Source: an uncultured Candidatus Saccharibacteria bacterium (GTDB taxonomy: Bacteria; Patescibacteriota; Minisyncoccia; Phycocordibacterales; CALRHW01). Taken from it: DNA of 64,000 bases. The position numbers were made by a program, and so were the translations under genes. The notes beneath the pieces were generated by a model. That model made no database searches and was not told the origin of the DNA. It saw only the letters and a list, made by a program, of their open reading frames with translations. The stretch lies in NCBI GenBank assembly GCA_964407105.1, contig CAYOUG010000004.1:6936-70935 (forward strand). Direction: 5' to 3'. Positions 56,017 through 64,000 of the stretch are shown piece by piece (within the stretch, counting starts at the first letter, position 1; every line of letters begins with the position of its first letter).

Positions 56017-57053
56017 ATCAGATTTATAATATTTTCAACAAGATTAGAGAGTGAATGATTTTGTACAACAATATTTCTTAATTTTAATGATATTTGTTGC
56101 ATATTATTTTGATTCTCAAACAGGTTTTTTATAATTTCTGAAATTTTTACTAAATCTATCCCATCAACAAATAAACCAAACGGTAAAAGCATATTTTTAA
56201 AAGCTTCATTTGATGTAACTACAACATTACCACAAGCCATAGCCTCAAGAACAGCTTTATCTAAACTTCCAGTATTACTCATGTTTATAAAAATATCCTG
56301 TTGAGAAATATACTCTGGGATATCGTCGTGTTTAATTTCTCCCACAAATACCACTTCGTTATTTAAATAATGCTCAGAAACAATCTCTTTCAACGTATTT
56401 AAATAATCACTGTCTTTTTCTGTTACTGGTCCACCCACAATTTTTAAAAAAACCAACATTCCAGATTTCTTCAAAAGATCAACCACTTCAATAATGCGGT
56501 GATGATTTTTAATTTTTGCTATACGTCCCACAGTTACAAGTCTTAATGTATCGGAAATATTTTTTGTGTGTGGAATAAAAACATCAGTATCAATACCATG
56601 ACCCATAACGTGTAACTTTTTACTTTTGAGTCTAAAGCTTTCTTTTGAAGCACTAAAAATTACGTTAGAAATTTTCTCAGCAATTCTAAGTTTTATATCT
56701 ACATGTTTATGTGTGTACCATAAAGATATTTTTTTACACCAAATTTTCCAAAAAAATCCACCCAATATTACATAAACAGGATTCATGTGTACAAAAACAC
56801 AATCATATTCTTTTCTTAATTTAAAAATATACAAATAAAACCTAAAAATATAGGTAAACCGCGAGACACCAAACTCTTTACCGAGAGAGAAAACTCGCAC
56901 ATTTTCAGGCAAATTATAATCCCCTTTTTCTAAACAAATAACAGTTACCTTGTCACACTTTCGAGCAAACTCTTCTATCCATCTATGAAAAAACCCCAAG
57001 ATGCTATCTTGGCGATTTACTTTTTGTGTAATTATTAGAATATTTTTTTTCAT
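56013..57053 (-). CDS. GT4 family glycosyltransferase
   Basis: 346 aa. LRLVTVGRIAKIKNHHRII...LEAMACGNVVVTSNEA. Confidence 0.8.
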   Translation of the reverse strand: MKKNILIITQKVNRQDSILGFFHRWIEEFARKCDKVTVICLEKGDYNLPENVRVFSLGKEFGVSRFTYIFRFYLYIFKLRKEYDCVFVHMNPVYVILGGFFWKIWCKKISLWYTHKHVDIKLRIAEKISNVIFSASKESFRLKSKKLHVMGHGIDTDVFIPHTKNISDTLRLVTVGRIAKIKNHHRIIEVVDLLKKSGMLVFLKIVGGPVTEKDSDYLNTLKEIVSEHYLNNEVVFVGEIKHDDIPEYISQQDIFINMSNTGSLDKAVLEAMACGNVVVTSNEAFKNMLLPFGLFVDGIDLVKISEIIKNLFENQNNMQQISLKLRNIVVQNHSLSNLVENIINLI

Positions 57054-57063
57054 AAATATTCGC

Positions 57064-58311
57064 CTATTTCTTTACCAAAAAATCATTTGCTGAATTTATT
57101 GAGGTTTTATATTCTTCAAGATAAACTGATTTTGATTGAAATGTTACTTTAGCCAAACGCAACATCGCTTCTTCAGCAAAAGTTTCTCGAAGCGCATTAT
57201 TTTCAATACAAAGTTTTATTTTTTCATATAAACAATAGTCATCTCCCACCGGACAAACAAACACGTCACCATCTGACAGAACATCACGAGCAATACCTAC
57301 GTCGGTAGCAATCGTTGGACAATGAGAAGCGAGCGCTTCAACGATAGTCATTCCATATCCCTCGTAGTTTGAGGTAACCAAAAAAAGATGTGCTGTTTTG
57401 TAGTAAGAAATAAGATCTTGTTGCCACGACTCAAACATAACATTTTTAGAAAGTCCTAAATTTTTCACTTCTTTTTTTAGTGAAAATTCTTCTCTACCGC
57501 TTCCCGCAATCACTAAACCCACACCGGGATATTGGGTGATGATACGACCGAGAGCCTTTAGTGCCAATGAAATATTTTTTTCTTTTGTAAGACGAGAAGC
57601 CACAAGCACAATAAATTTAAATTGTGGATATTTTTTCTTAAGATCAAAAGTAATTGGTGTTTGCTTTATTTTTTCAATATCAACAAAAATTGGTAAAACT
57701 TTTGGATCAACATGGATCAAATTTGTTTTTAAAAGACTTGTTTTTATTCTTTCTGAAACAACACGTACTGCATCTGCAAAAGGAAGTACTTTTTTAGCAA
57801 TACGAACACGAAACATATTAAAAAAACTTTCTTTTTTAAAAAATGGACTCAAAAAATCTGTGTGAATTTGAATGTGAAGAGCAATGTTCGTTTTTTTCTT
57901 AAGTCGCATACCAACGAGACCGCAACCAAAAGGATCCTCACAGGTCACAATAATATTATTGAGATTTTGATTTATTTTCTTATAAATATCGAAAGCTGTC
58001 TTTGTTGCATCTCTAACATACAAAAAACGTGAAAATGAATTTGTTGGATAAATCCACATATTTGGTGAAATTTTTTCTGGTTTGTATTTAGAAGATAGTT
58101 TTGTAAAAACAACAATATGCATTTCTTCAAAAAGCGCACCGTATTCCAAAATACGCGCCCGCACTACGCTTTCTTTATCAAATAAATTTCTATCTGTTCC
58201 AATACTTATGATTTTCATATGCTTATTGTATACGAGAATAGAGTGCAAGAAATTCACGAGCAATGTCTTCTGTGGTATGAACAAAAGAAAATGTTTGCGC
58301 GCGATCTGCAT
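57064..58311 (-). CDS. GT4 family glycosyltransferase (likely true start at the internal MKIISIG near 58218)
   Basis: FIVLVASRLTKEKNISLALKAL...GLVIAGSGREE...TSNYEGYGMTIVEALASHCPTIATDVGIARDVL. The tabulated 5' extension overlaps the upstream gene by 89 nt and is probably not translated. Confidence 0.8.
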   Translation of the reverse strand: MQIARKHFLLFIPQKTLLVNFLHSILVYNKHMKIISIGTDRNLFDKESVVRARILEYGALFEEMHIVVFTKLSSKYKPEKISPNMWIYPTNSFSRFLYVRDATKTAFDIYKKINQNLNNIIVTCEDPFGCGLVGMRLKKKTNIALHIQIHTDFLSPFFKKESFFNMFRVRIAKKVLPFADAVRVVSERIKTSLLKTNLIHVDPKVLPIFVDIEKIKQTPITFDLKKKYPQFKFIVLVASRLTKEKNISLALKALGRIITQYPGVGLVIAGSGREEFSLKKEVKNLGLSKNVMFESWQQDLISYYKTAHLFLVTSNYEGYGMTIVEALASHCPTIATDVGIARDVLSDGDVFVCPVGDDYCLYEKIKLCIENNALRETFAEEAMLRLAKVTFQSKSVYLEEYKTSINSANDFLVKK

Positions 58312-59257
58312 AAATTTTATAAATTTCTGGCTCGGCCATATTAAGTATTTTTTGTTCTATATCTTTTTGATCAAGCGGATCAATATAAAGTACCGTATCA
58401 TTTAAACGATCTTTGATACCGTTCTCTTTTGTCACGATACACGGTTTGCCAAAACCAATAGCTTCAAGTACAACGTTTGGACTCACATCAGAAAGCGATG
58501 GCAAAATAAAAGCATAACACTGGGCAATACGCGAATAAAGCTCTTCTTTTGAAACACCCGAAACAAGAGAAAGCTCAAGTGACGAATCTTTCTTTTGTGC
58601 CTCAGTAAACGCTTTTTTAAGACGTACTATATTTTTCAGCGTAATATCTCGCCCAGCCCAAAGATAAATCTTCTTTAGATTTTGTTCATTTTTAAAATTA
58701 CTATCAAGTGTTTTTTCATTTGATATTTTGTATTCATTTTCAATCACCACATTTTTTTCTGGATTAAGTCCATACGCTTTTGTCCAAATATCTTTTTGCC
58801 ATGATGTACTAAAAACACACACAGAAGAATTTTCAAGTGTAAAACGTGTGATAAGAAAAATTAATTTTTCTTTTAAATTAAGTTTTTTATAAAATGTTTT
58901 GTAAAAATCAGAAAGCGTCACATCTTCATGTGTACGCTCTACATATGATTCCCACAAAAAATCTCCGCCGATACGCAAAATATTTTTTTTACCAAATAGA
59001 CGCGAAGCCATCATCGATGGCCAACCCACAGAAAAAGTATCAAGTGCAATCACAAAATCAACACCAAAAAGACTAAAACACGTTCTAAGAAAAAAATAAA
59101 TATGACGAACAATCGGTGGTAATTTGCGTTCAAAACCATAAGTAAGGACCCTTACCGTATGTCCCTGTCTCCTAAACTCATTTTCAAGCCCCAGAGCATA
59201 GTAGGCCGGACCACCTATAGCTGGAGGATAAATGCCTGTACATATGAGTATCTTCAT
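58223..59257 (-). CDS. GT4-like glycosyltransferase
   Basis: 344 aa. MKILICTGIYPPAIGGPAYYALGL (GT4 N-terminal domain), ...FILPSLSDVSPNVVLEAIGFGKPCIVTKENG (C-terminal motif). Confidence 0.7.
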   Translation of the reverse strand: MKILICTGIYPPAIGGPAYYALGLENEFRRQGHTVRVLTYGFERKLPPIVRHIYFFLRTCFSLFGVDFVIALDTFSVGWPSMMASRLFGKKNILRIGGDFLWESYVERTHEDVTLSDFYKTFYKKLNLKEKLIFLITRFTLENSSVCVFSTSWQKDIWTKAYGLNPEKNVVIENEYKISNEKTLDSNFKNEQNLKKIYLWAGRDITLKNIVRLKKAFTEAQKKDSSLELSLVSGVSKEELYSRIAQCYAFILPSLSDVSPNVVLEAIGFGKPCIVTKENGIKDRLNDTVLYIDPLDQKDIEQKILNMAEPEIYKIYADRAQTFSFVHTTEDIAREFLALYSRIQ

Positions 59258-59330
59258 ACCCCTTACCCTAGCAAATTTTGGCTTTATTTTAAAGGAAAAA
59301 AGAAATAAAAAAAATACGACTTCTTTTATA

Positions 59331-60533
59331 CTAAAAAGTCTTAAAGATCTGAGAATTCATAGCAGAGGCAATATCTTTCCAATCATAACGCAAAACCACC
59401 ATTTTTAATGCATTTTTTATAATATTATTTCTCAATAATTCATCATCAATGAGTTTGTTTACACACATTGCGATACTTTCAGAATCATTCACTTTACAAA
59501 ATAGACCCGTCTCTTTATCAACAAGAAAATCTGGTATTCCACCCACAGGCGTAGCAATCACAGGAATACTAGAAGCCATTGCTTCAATAAAAGAATTACC
59601 CATACCTTCAGAAAGTGATGGTCGAATAAAAATATCAGAAATTTTTAGGTATCGAGGAATATCTTTATAATCCACAAAGCCTTGAAATATCACTCTTTTT
59701 TCTACACCAAGTTCGTGTGCGAGTTTTTTAAGTTCCGACTCAAGCTCACCCACACCAAGAATTAAAAATTTTACGCGATCAGAAAGAAGTGGTAATGATT
59801 TTATTACATCAGCCAAGCCGTTTTTTATCACAAGGCGTGACGTGGTCACCAAAAATATATCATTTGTTTCCTTATGAAGATTCCAACGCAACACACCGAG
59901 TTCTTGTTCACCATAACTACGTGTGAAAAGAGATATATCAACACCGTTTGGTATCACAAAAATATCTTTTTTGTGACCCATACTTTTACCAAAATCTGCT
60001 AGGTATGAAGATATTGCTTGCACCACATCAGCTTTTTTAAAAATTTGCTTAAAAATTGGATAAAAAATACCAACCCTTCTACGAATATGACTTATTGGAT
60101 CACCTTCTTGAAGAGTGAGTATAAAAGGCACATCTGGTTTTCGCCATTTAAAAAACAAAGCAGCAAAACCAGCATACGCTGCCATAATAGACCACGTAGC
60201 ATCAAAACGATATTTTTTATGTAAACGTAGTGCCTTAAAAAAACCAAAAAAAGGAAAAAGTGTTTTATTTATTTGGTGAAGTGTTGAGGAAAAATTTGAT
60301 ACAGTTTTTTTTCTATTCCATAAACCAATCCTATGTACATGCACATTACCCACCTTTTCATATTTAAGTAAATCTTTATGTGCACGCAAAGTAACCATAT
60401 GAAATTCAATATCAGACGGACTGATACGATCGGTGATTTCTTTCACAGCTACCTCTGCGCCCCCTATGTATCGAGGATAATATACAGTTGAAAATATAAG
60501 GATTTTTTTCATGTATACGCGTATTATGCACAC
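59331..60533 (-). CDS. GT4 family glycosyltransferase (likely start at MKKILIF near 60512)
   Basis: FLILGVGELESELKKLAHELGVEKRVIFQGFVDYKDIPRYLKISDIFIRPSLSEGMGNSFIEAMASSIPVIATPVGGIPDFL. Confidence 0.8.
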   Translation of the reverse strand: MCIIRVYMKKILIFSTVYYPRYIGGAEVAVKEITDRISPSDIEFHMVTLRAHKDLLKYEKVGNVHVHRIGLWNRKKTVSNFSSTLHQINKTLFPFFGFFKALRLHKKYRFDATWSIMAAYAGFAALFFKWRKPDVPFILTLQEGDPISHIRRRVGIFYPIFKQIFKKADVVQAISSYLADFGKSMGHKKDIFVIPNGVDISLFTRSYGEQELGVLRWNLHKETNDIFLVTTSRLVIKNGLADVIKSLPLLSDRVKFLILGVGELESELKKLAHELGVEKRVIFQGFVDYKDIPRYLKISDIFIRPSLSEGMGNSFIEAMASSIPVIATPVGGIPDFLVDKETGLFCKVNDSESIAMCVNKLIDDELLRNNIIKNALKMVVLRYDWKDIASAMNSQIFKTF

Positions 60534-60575
60534 ATCTGTACACTATCGCAACAAAACACAAACGATCAAAAATGT

Positions 60576-62459
60576 TTATTTAGAAACGTCAAGAATTTTA
60601 CGCAAAACATCCTCAGGAACTTCTTTTGGATCTTGTGGTGTGTTTTTGTGTGTAAAATTTTGTTGCGCAGGATTGTTTGGTTTTTCAGAAATAGGGTTTG
60701 TCTTTTGAGTAACAGCTGCGAGTGCTTCTTTTAAACTAGCCACATTTTCTTTTGTGGGCGCTTTTGGATCTGGTGCATCTTTTGATGTTTTTTGTCGAAG
60801 TGTTTGAAGTGATACCGTTTCTGGTGGCTTTTCTTCTTTTACGTGCAATTTTCCGTCAGAACCAACCGCAATTTCTTCAAATGGATTTTTTTGTGACACA
60901 TTAAATTCTGGCACATTAACATCTGGCGATTTTTCTCTAGAAAAAATAGCGGATGGGTGTTCGTGGGATTTTTCTGATGGTGATTTTCCAAAATGTGGGT
61001 GTTTTTCTTGAGGTGTTTGAGGTGTGTGTGGAGCTTGTGATGTTTGTGGCGCAGAAAATTGCTTATCGTGTCTTTGTCCACCATCGTTTTGCGGTCTTTC
61101 ATTTTGTGGCCTTTTCTGCCCACCATGACCACCTCCGCTATTTCCAGAACCAGGAGTCACAACAGGCTTATGCCACTCAACAATATCGTGCTCCACATCC
61201 TGTCTTGGACGAGCAAACATCTTCCTTGAATTTTCAATTATTTCGTCTCTATACATCACCTCAGGTTTTTTTATAGGCGGAAGAGTTGTCGCAGAAAAGG
61301 GTGGTGAGGTTACACCGTCAATCATGAGCTTTAAATAAATCTGCACAAAACCAAGATTTACCAAGTCTTCTGCGGTAAATGTAGGCATGAATTCTTTTTC
61401 AAGAACCTCAGCATCATACGCACCAACACGAAAAGCGACCATTGTTCCAACGTTACCAAAAACAGCAGCACGCACCTCCTCGGACATTTGTTCTATATAT
61501 TGATGCGCAACAGTAAGATTAAGTTTGTATTTTCGCGCCTCAGAAAGAATGTCAGCAAAAGATTCATTGGCAAAATTTTGAAACTCATCAACAAAAAGAT
61601 AAAATTGTGGCAATCCGTTTAATACTGTTTCATTTACGTCAGCGCGAGACATTGCACCAAGATAAATTTTGGTAATAAGCATACTTCCAAGAAGATTGGC
61701 GTTTGCCTCGCCCACTCTACCTTTTGAAAGATTGATAATCATAATCTTTCGCTCATCCATTAATTTACGAATATCAAAGGTAGATTTTGGCTGACCAATA
61801 ATATTACGTACAAGAGGATTGGCTACAAACTGACCAATTTTATTTTGAATAGCTGCACCCGCCTCCTGCATATATCTCTCACCATATTTTTCAAATTCAT
61901 CTACCCAAAAAGATTTTACAGAAGGATCAGAAATATTTGCTACCACTTTTTTGCGATAATCTTTGTCTGCAAGCATTCTGTTGACACCTATGAGTGTGGA
62001 GTCTGGATATTCCAAAAGAGCCAGAAGAATATTATTTAAAATATATTCCATACGAGCAGACCACGCGTCTACCCAAATCTTTTTAAACGCACTCATGAGA
62101 CCGTTGGCAACCAAATGTCTTTTGTCCACCCCCACGTCTTCCATCACATTAAATGAAATTGGATAATCTGTATCAAAAGGAGCAAAATAAACAATATCTT
62201 TTATTCTTTCTTTTGGAACATATTCTAGAAGAAGATCAGCCGTTTTTCCGTGTGGATCGATAAAAGCCATACCTTCACCATTTTGAATATCCTGCACAGC
62301 AAGATTTTCAAGCAGGGTTGATTTTCCCATGCCTGTTTTTCCGATGATATAAACATGACGAGAGCGATCTTTAGATTTTATGCCAAACGGCACCCGCTGA
62401 TTGCGCGCGTCAGTCTGAGCAAAATATGAAACAGTATTAGGATTCATATAGTGTTTCAA
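60576..62459 (-). CDS. Soluble VirD4/TraG/TraD-like (type IV coupling protein family, AAA-like/DUF87) P-loop NTPase with about 200-aa disordered Pro/Gln/Lys-rich C-terminal tail
   Basis: 627 aa. Walker A IIGKTGMGKSTLLENL followed by FIDPHG. Walker B-like LFVDEFQNF. LNLTVAHQYIEQMSEEVRAAVFGNVGTMVAFRVGAYDAEVL resembles the TraG-D_C region (Q.isQL...yG......il.n..t.i.lr..D.eta). No TM helices. The C-terminal 200 aa are low-complexity (GGGHGGQKRPQNERPQNDGGQ...). Confidence 0.6.
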   Translation of the reverse strand: MKHYMNPNTVSYFAQTDARNQRVPFGIKSKDRSRHVYIIGKTGMGKSTLLENLAVQDIQNGEGMAFIDPHGKTADLLLEYVPKERIKDIVYFAPFDTDYPISFNVMEDVGVDKRHLVANGLMSAFKKIWVDAWSARMEYILNNILLALLEYPDSTLIGVNRMLADKDYRKKVVANISDPSVKSFWVDEFEKYGERYMQEAGAAIQNKIGQFVANPLVRNIIGQPKSTFDIRKLMDERKIMIINLSKGRVGEANANLLGSMLITKIYLGAMSRADVNETVLNGLPQFYLFVDEFQNFANESFADILSEARKYKLNLTVAHQYIEQMSEEVRAAVFGNVGTMVAFRVGAYDAEVLEKEFMPTFTAEDLVNLGFVQIYLKLMIDGVTSPPFSATTLPPIKKPEVMYRDEIIENSRKMFARPRQDVEHDIVEWHKPVVTPGSGNSGGGHGGQKRPQNERPQNDGGQRHDKQFSAPQTSQAPHTPQTPQEKHPHFGKSPSEKSHEHPSAIFSREKSPDVNVPEFNVSQKNPFEEIAVGSDGKLHVKEEKPPETVSLQTLRQKTSKDAPDPKAPTKENVASLKEALAAVTQKTNPISEKPNNPAQQNFTHKNTPQDPKEVPEDVLRKILDVSK

Positions 62460-62480
62460 TCATTATACCACACGAATTAT

Positions 62481-63692
62481 TTATTCCTTAAGCAATGCTC
62501 CAGTTGTGTATTTATTACTTGGACTCCAAATCATCCAAGACATAACGCCCGCATCATAACTCGCTTTTATTTCCGCTTTTATTTCTGGAACATCATAATT
62601 TCCACCGTAATCAAAATCTTGTATCCAAGTGCGAAGTTTTTTTGCAGAATCATCTTTATACCATTCTGGTGCGAGACGCGGTGTGGTGGTAGAAATAGGA
62701 TTATCAAATTCTTGCGCTTTTTTTACAGCACTCAACATAGACATATATACCACCTCATAGACATGATCATTTGGATTACTCCAACCGTTGAAATTTTTAG
62801 GATAATGGGAAGGATAAACCATGGGGGCAACATAATCAAAATATGGAAATGTGTTTTCTATAACCTGACCAATATTAAGATCATCTTTATTGGTTGTGGT
62901 CATACCAAAAAGATCAACGGAGGTTTTCATACCTGTATCTTTTAATGCATTGTGTAAATATACAAAAAATTCCTTTAGGGCATCGGCTTTATTTTTTCCT
63001 GAAGAGTGTGTATATAAAGTATCGTCCATTTTTCCATCTGACGGAAAACGAATGTAATCAAAATTTATTTCATCAAAACCAATAGCGTAAGATTCTTTTG
63101 CTAATTCAATAATATAATCCCAATGTTCTTTGGCACCAACATCAATAAAACTTAAACCTTTAAAATCTTTCCAAACACCACCCGACTTGCTTTGCACCGC
63201 AAGATCTGGACGACGAGCCACCATGTGTGGATCCTGAAATACCGTAATCCGAGCGATAATATAAATTCCTTTTTCATGAAGTATCTCCAAAAAACCCTTC
63301 ATGTCTGATGCTCCGCATTTATTTGAAATCGCATGTGAAAGTTTTGGATTATCAGTATCAAAAGAAATCATACCGGTATAATCTTTTACATCAATCACGA
63401 TAGAATTGATTTCTGTCTCTTCAGCAATTTTTACAAGACTGTCTCGAAAAGATGGGGTTCCCACAACACATTGTGTCATATATATTGACTTTACTTGATT
63501 GGGTGTAGGTATATGCACCACAGCTTTTTGAGAAATTTGATTGATATTTGTGTCAGATTTAATTGAAACATTATCATTTGCCACAATATAATCAGAAGGG
63601 AAAAATTGTGGCGCAATATACATACCAAAAAGCAATCCTGTCGCCAAGATTGCTACGATTGCAAATTTTTTAGTCTTCGAAAATGCGACCAT
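62481..63692 (-). CDS. Secreted/anchored putative glycoside hydrolase (GHL/DUF4015-like TIM-barrel)
   Basis: 403 aa. N-terminal signal anchor (FAIVAILATGLLFGMYIA), FDEINFDYIRFP and Asp/Glu-rich barrel motifs resembling the YngK/DUF4015 putative glycosyl hydrolase family. Tentative. Confidence 0.45.
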   Translation of the reverse strand: MVAFSKTKKFAIVAILATGLLFGMYIAPQFFPSDYIVANDNVSIKSDTNINQISQKAVVHIPTPNQVKSIYMTQCVVGTPSFRDSLVKIAEETEINSIVIDVKDYTGMISFDTDNPKLSHAISNKCGASDMKGFLEILHEKGIYIIARITVFQDPHMVARRPDLAVQSKSGGVWKDFKGLSFIDVGAKEHWDYIIELAKESYAIGFDEINFDYIRFPSDGKMDDTLYTHSSGKNKADALKEFFVYLHNALKDTGMKTSVDLFGMTTTNKDDLNIGQVIENTFPYFDYVAPMVYPSHYPKNFNGWSNPNDHVYEVVYMSMLSAVKKAQEFDNPISTTTPRLAPEWYKDDSAKKLRTWIQDFDYGGNYDVPEIKAEIKASYDAGVMSWMIWSPSNKYTTGALLKE

Positions 63693-63695
63693 GCA

Positions 63696-63929
63696 TTATG
63701 TGTTATTAGATTTATCATCTAAAACGACTTCGTCTACTTTATCTGCAACACCATCTATATCAGAAACAGAAGGAACACCAAATAAATCTTCTCGACTTAT
63801 TTCTTCTTGCGTTTCTGGTATTAATGTTTCTTCTTCTGAAAAAGGCACGGATTCAACAATTTCCTTTTTTAAAATTTTGGGCGACATCAGTATTTCTTCT
63901 TCTTTTGTTTTTATTTTTTTAGAAGACAT
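63696..63929 (-). CDS. Small acidic hypothetical protein (77 aa)
   Basis: ORF directly upstream (3-nt gap) of the putative hydrolase. Glu/Asp-rich, no recognisable domain. Confidence 0.3.
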   Translation of the reverse strand: MSSKKIKTKEEEILMSPKILKKEIVESVPFSEEETLIPETQEEISREDLFGVPSVSDIDGVADKVDEVVLDDKSNNT

Positions 63930-64000
63930 TTTTCTATTGATACGTTTGTGTCGAGCAAGTAAAAAAGAAAATGTTGCGATAGCAAGACCAGAGACAACAT

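Noticed and set aside
57064-59257. 89-nt same-strand overlap between GT4 genes 57064-58311 and 58223-59257 as possible programmed frameshift or fusion
   Set aside because: The downstream gene has a canonical GT4 start (MKIISIGTD) at about 58218, immediately after the upstream stop. The overlap is an artefact of taking the longest ORF.
1-64000. CRISPR arrays, transposases, integrases, reverse transcriptase/DGR, toxin-antitoxin pairs
   Set aside because: Scanned both strands for regularly spaced short direct repeats and for integrase, transposase or RT motifs. None was found, so the tRNA-Phe duplication is not accompanied by any mobile-element gene in this window.

Overview
AT-rich, gene-dense bacterial window with almost no intergenic space and long same-strand gene runs. 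Gene content (giant Gly/Thr-rich fibre protein, Wzy_C-TPR fusions, heavy glycosyltransferase/methyltransferase load) fits a small-genome lineage such as CPR/Patescibacteria, but that is inference only.

Order along the window:
1. Start of window: partial Hsp20 C-terminus, two minus-strand tRNAs (Phe-GAA and Arg-CCT, with a 24-bp duplication of the tRNA-Phe 5' end), a glutaredoxin-like gene and an FtsB-like gene.
2. lepA, murJ, and a Wzy_C/O-antigen-ligase-like membrane protein fused to TPR repeats.
3. An RNase P RNA gene (rnpB, minus strand, about 7904-8248) that the ORF track covers only with spurious ORFs. It lies 35 bp downstream of a 2497-aa giant secreted fibre protein (8284-15777).
4. 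The giant protein has phage-tail-fibre-like GIGTTSPYAKLSV repeats, a C-terminal Peptidase_S74 intramolecular-chaperone domain, and four near-identical 250-430 bp intragenic DNA repeats.
5. Upstream of it is a cell-surface gene cluster: an FN3 signal-peptide protein with a C-terminal TM anchor, two paralogous secreted Ser/Thr-rich proteins flanking a signal+TM-anchored beta-rich protein, a membrane-anchored protein with an excisionase/MerR-like HTH, and a divergently transcribed standalone excisionase/MerR-like HTH gene in a 330-bp AT-rich gap.
6. Core genes gatB, obg, a MYG1-family gene, an AI-2E transporter, an extracytoplasmic thiol-oxidation pair (DsbB/BdbC-like plus membrane thioredoxin), DedA, secA (preceded by a tiny Lys/Arg-rich ORF with its own terminator), and murB (with a GC-rich structured leader).
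7. A roughly 30-kb glycan island:
   - a second Wzy_C-TPR fusion;
   - transketolase-family, ALDH and SDR genes;
   - NeuB-family nonulosonate synthase and NeuA-family CMP-transferase;
   - a deacetylase, seven SAM methyltransferases, two paralogous GT-C (PMT/ArnT-like) membrane glycosyltransferases and a Dpm1-like GT2;
   - a methyltransferase-GT2 fusion, a Wzx-like flippase, GtrA, an exostosin-like GT and five GT4 enzymes.
8. End of window: an orphan soluble VirD4/TraG-like (T4CP-type) P-loop ATPase with a long disordered tail, and a secreted GHL-type putative glycoside hydrolase.

No CRISPR array, transposase or integrase was seen. The most interesting candidate system is the giant S74-fibre protein with its accessory surface-protein locus and twin HTH regulators, possibly decorated by the adjacent atypical nonulosonic-acid and methylated-glycan glycosylation machinery.
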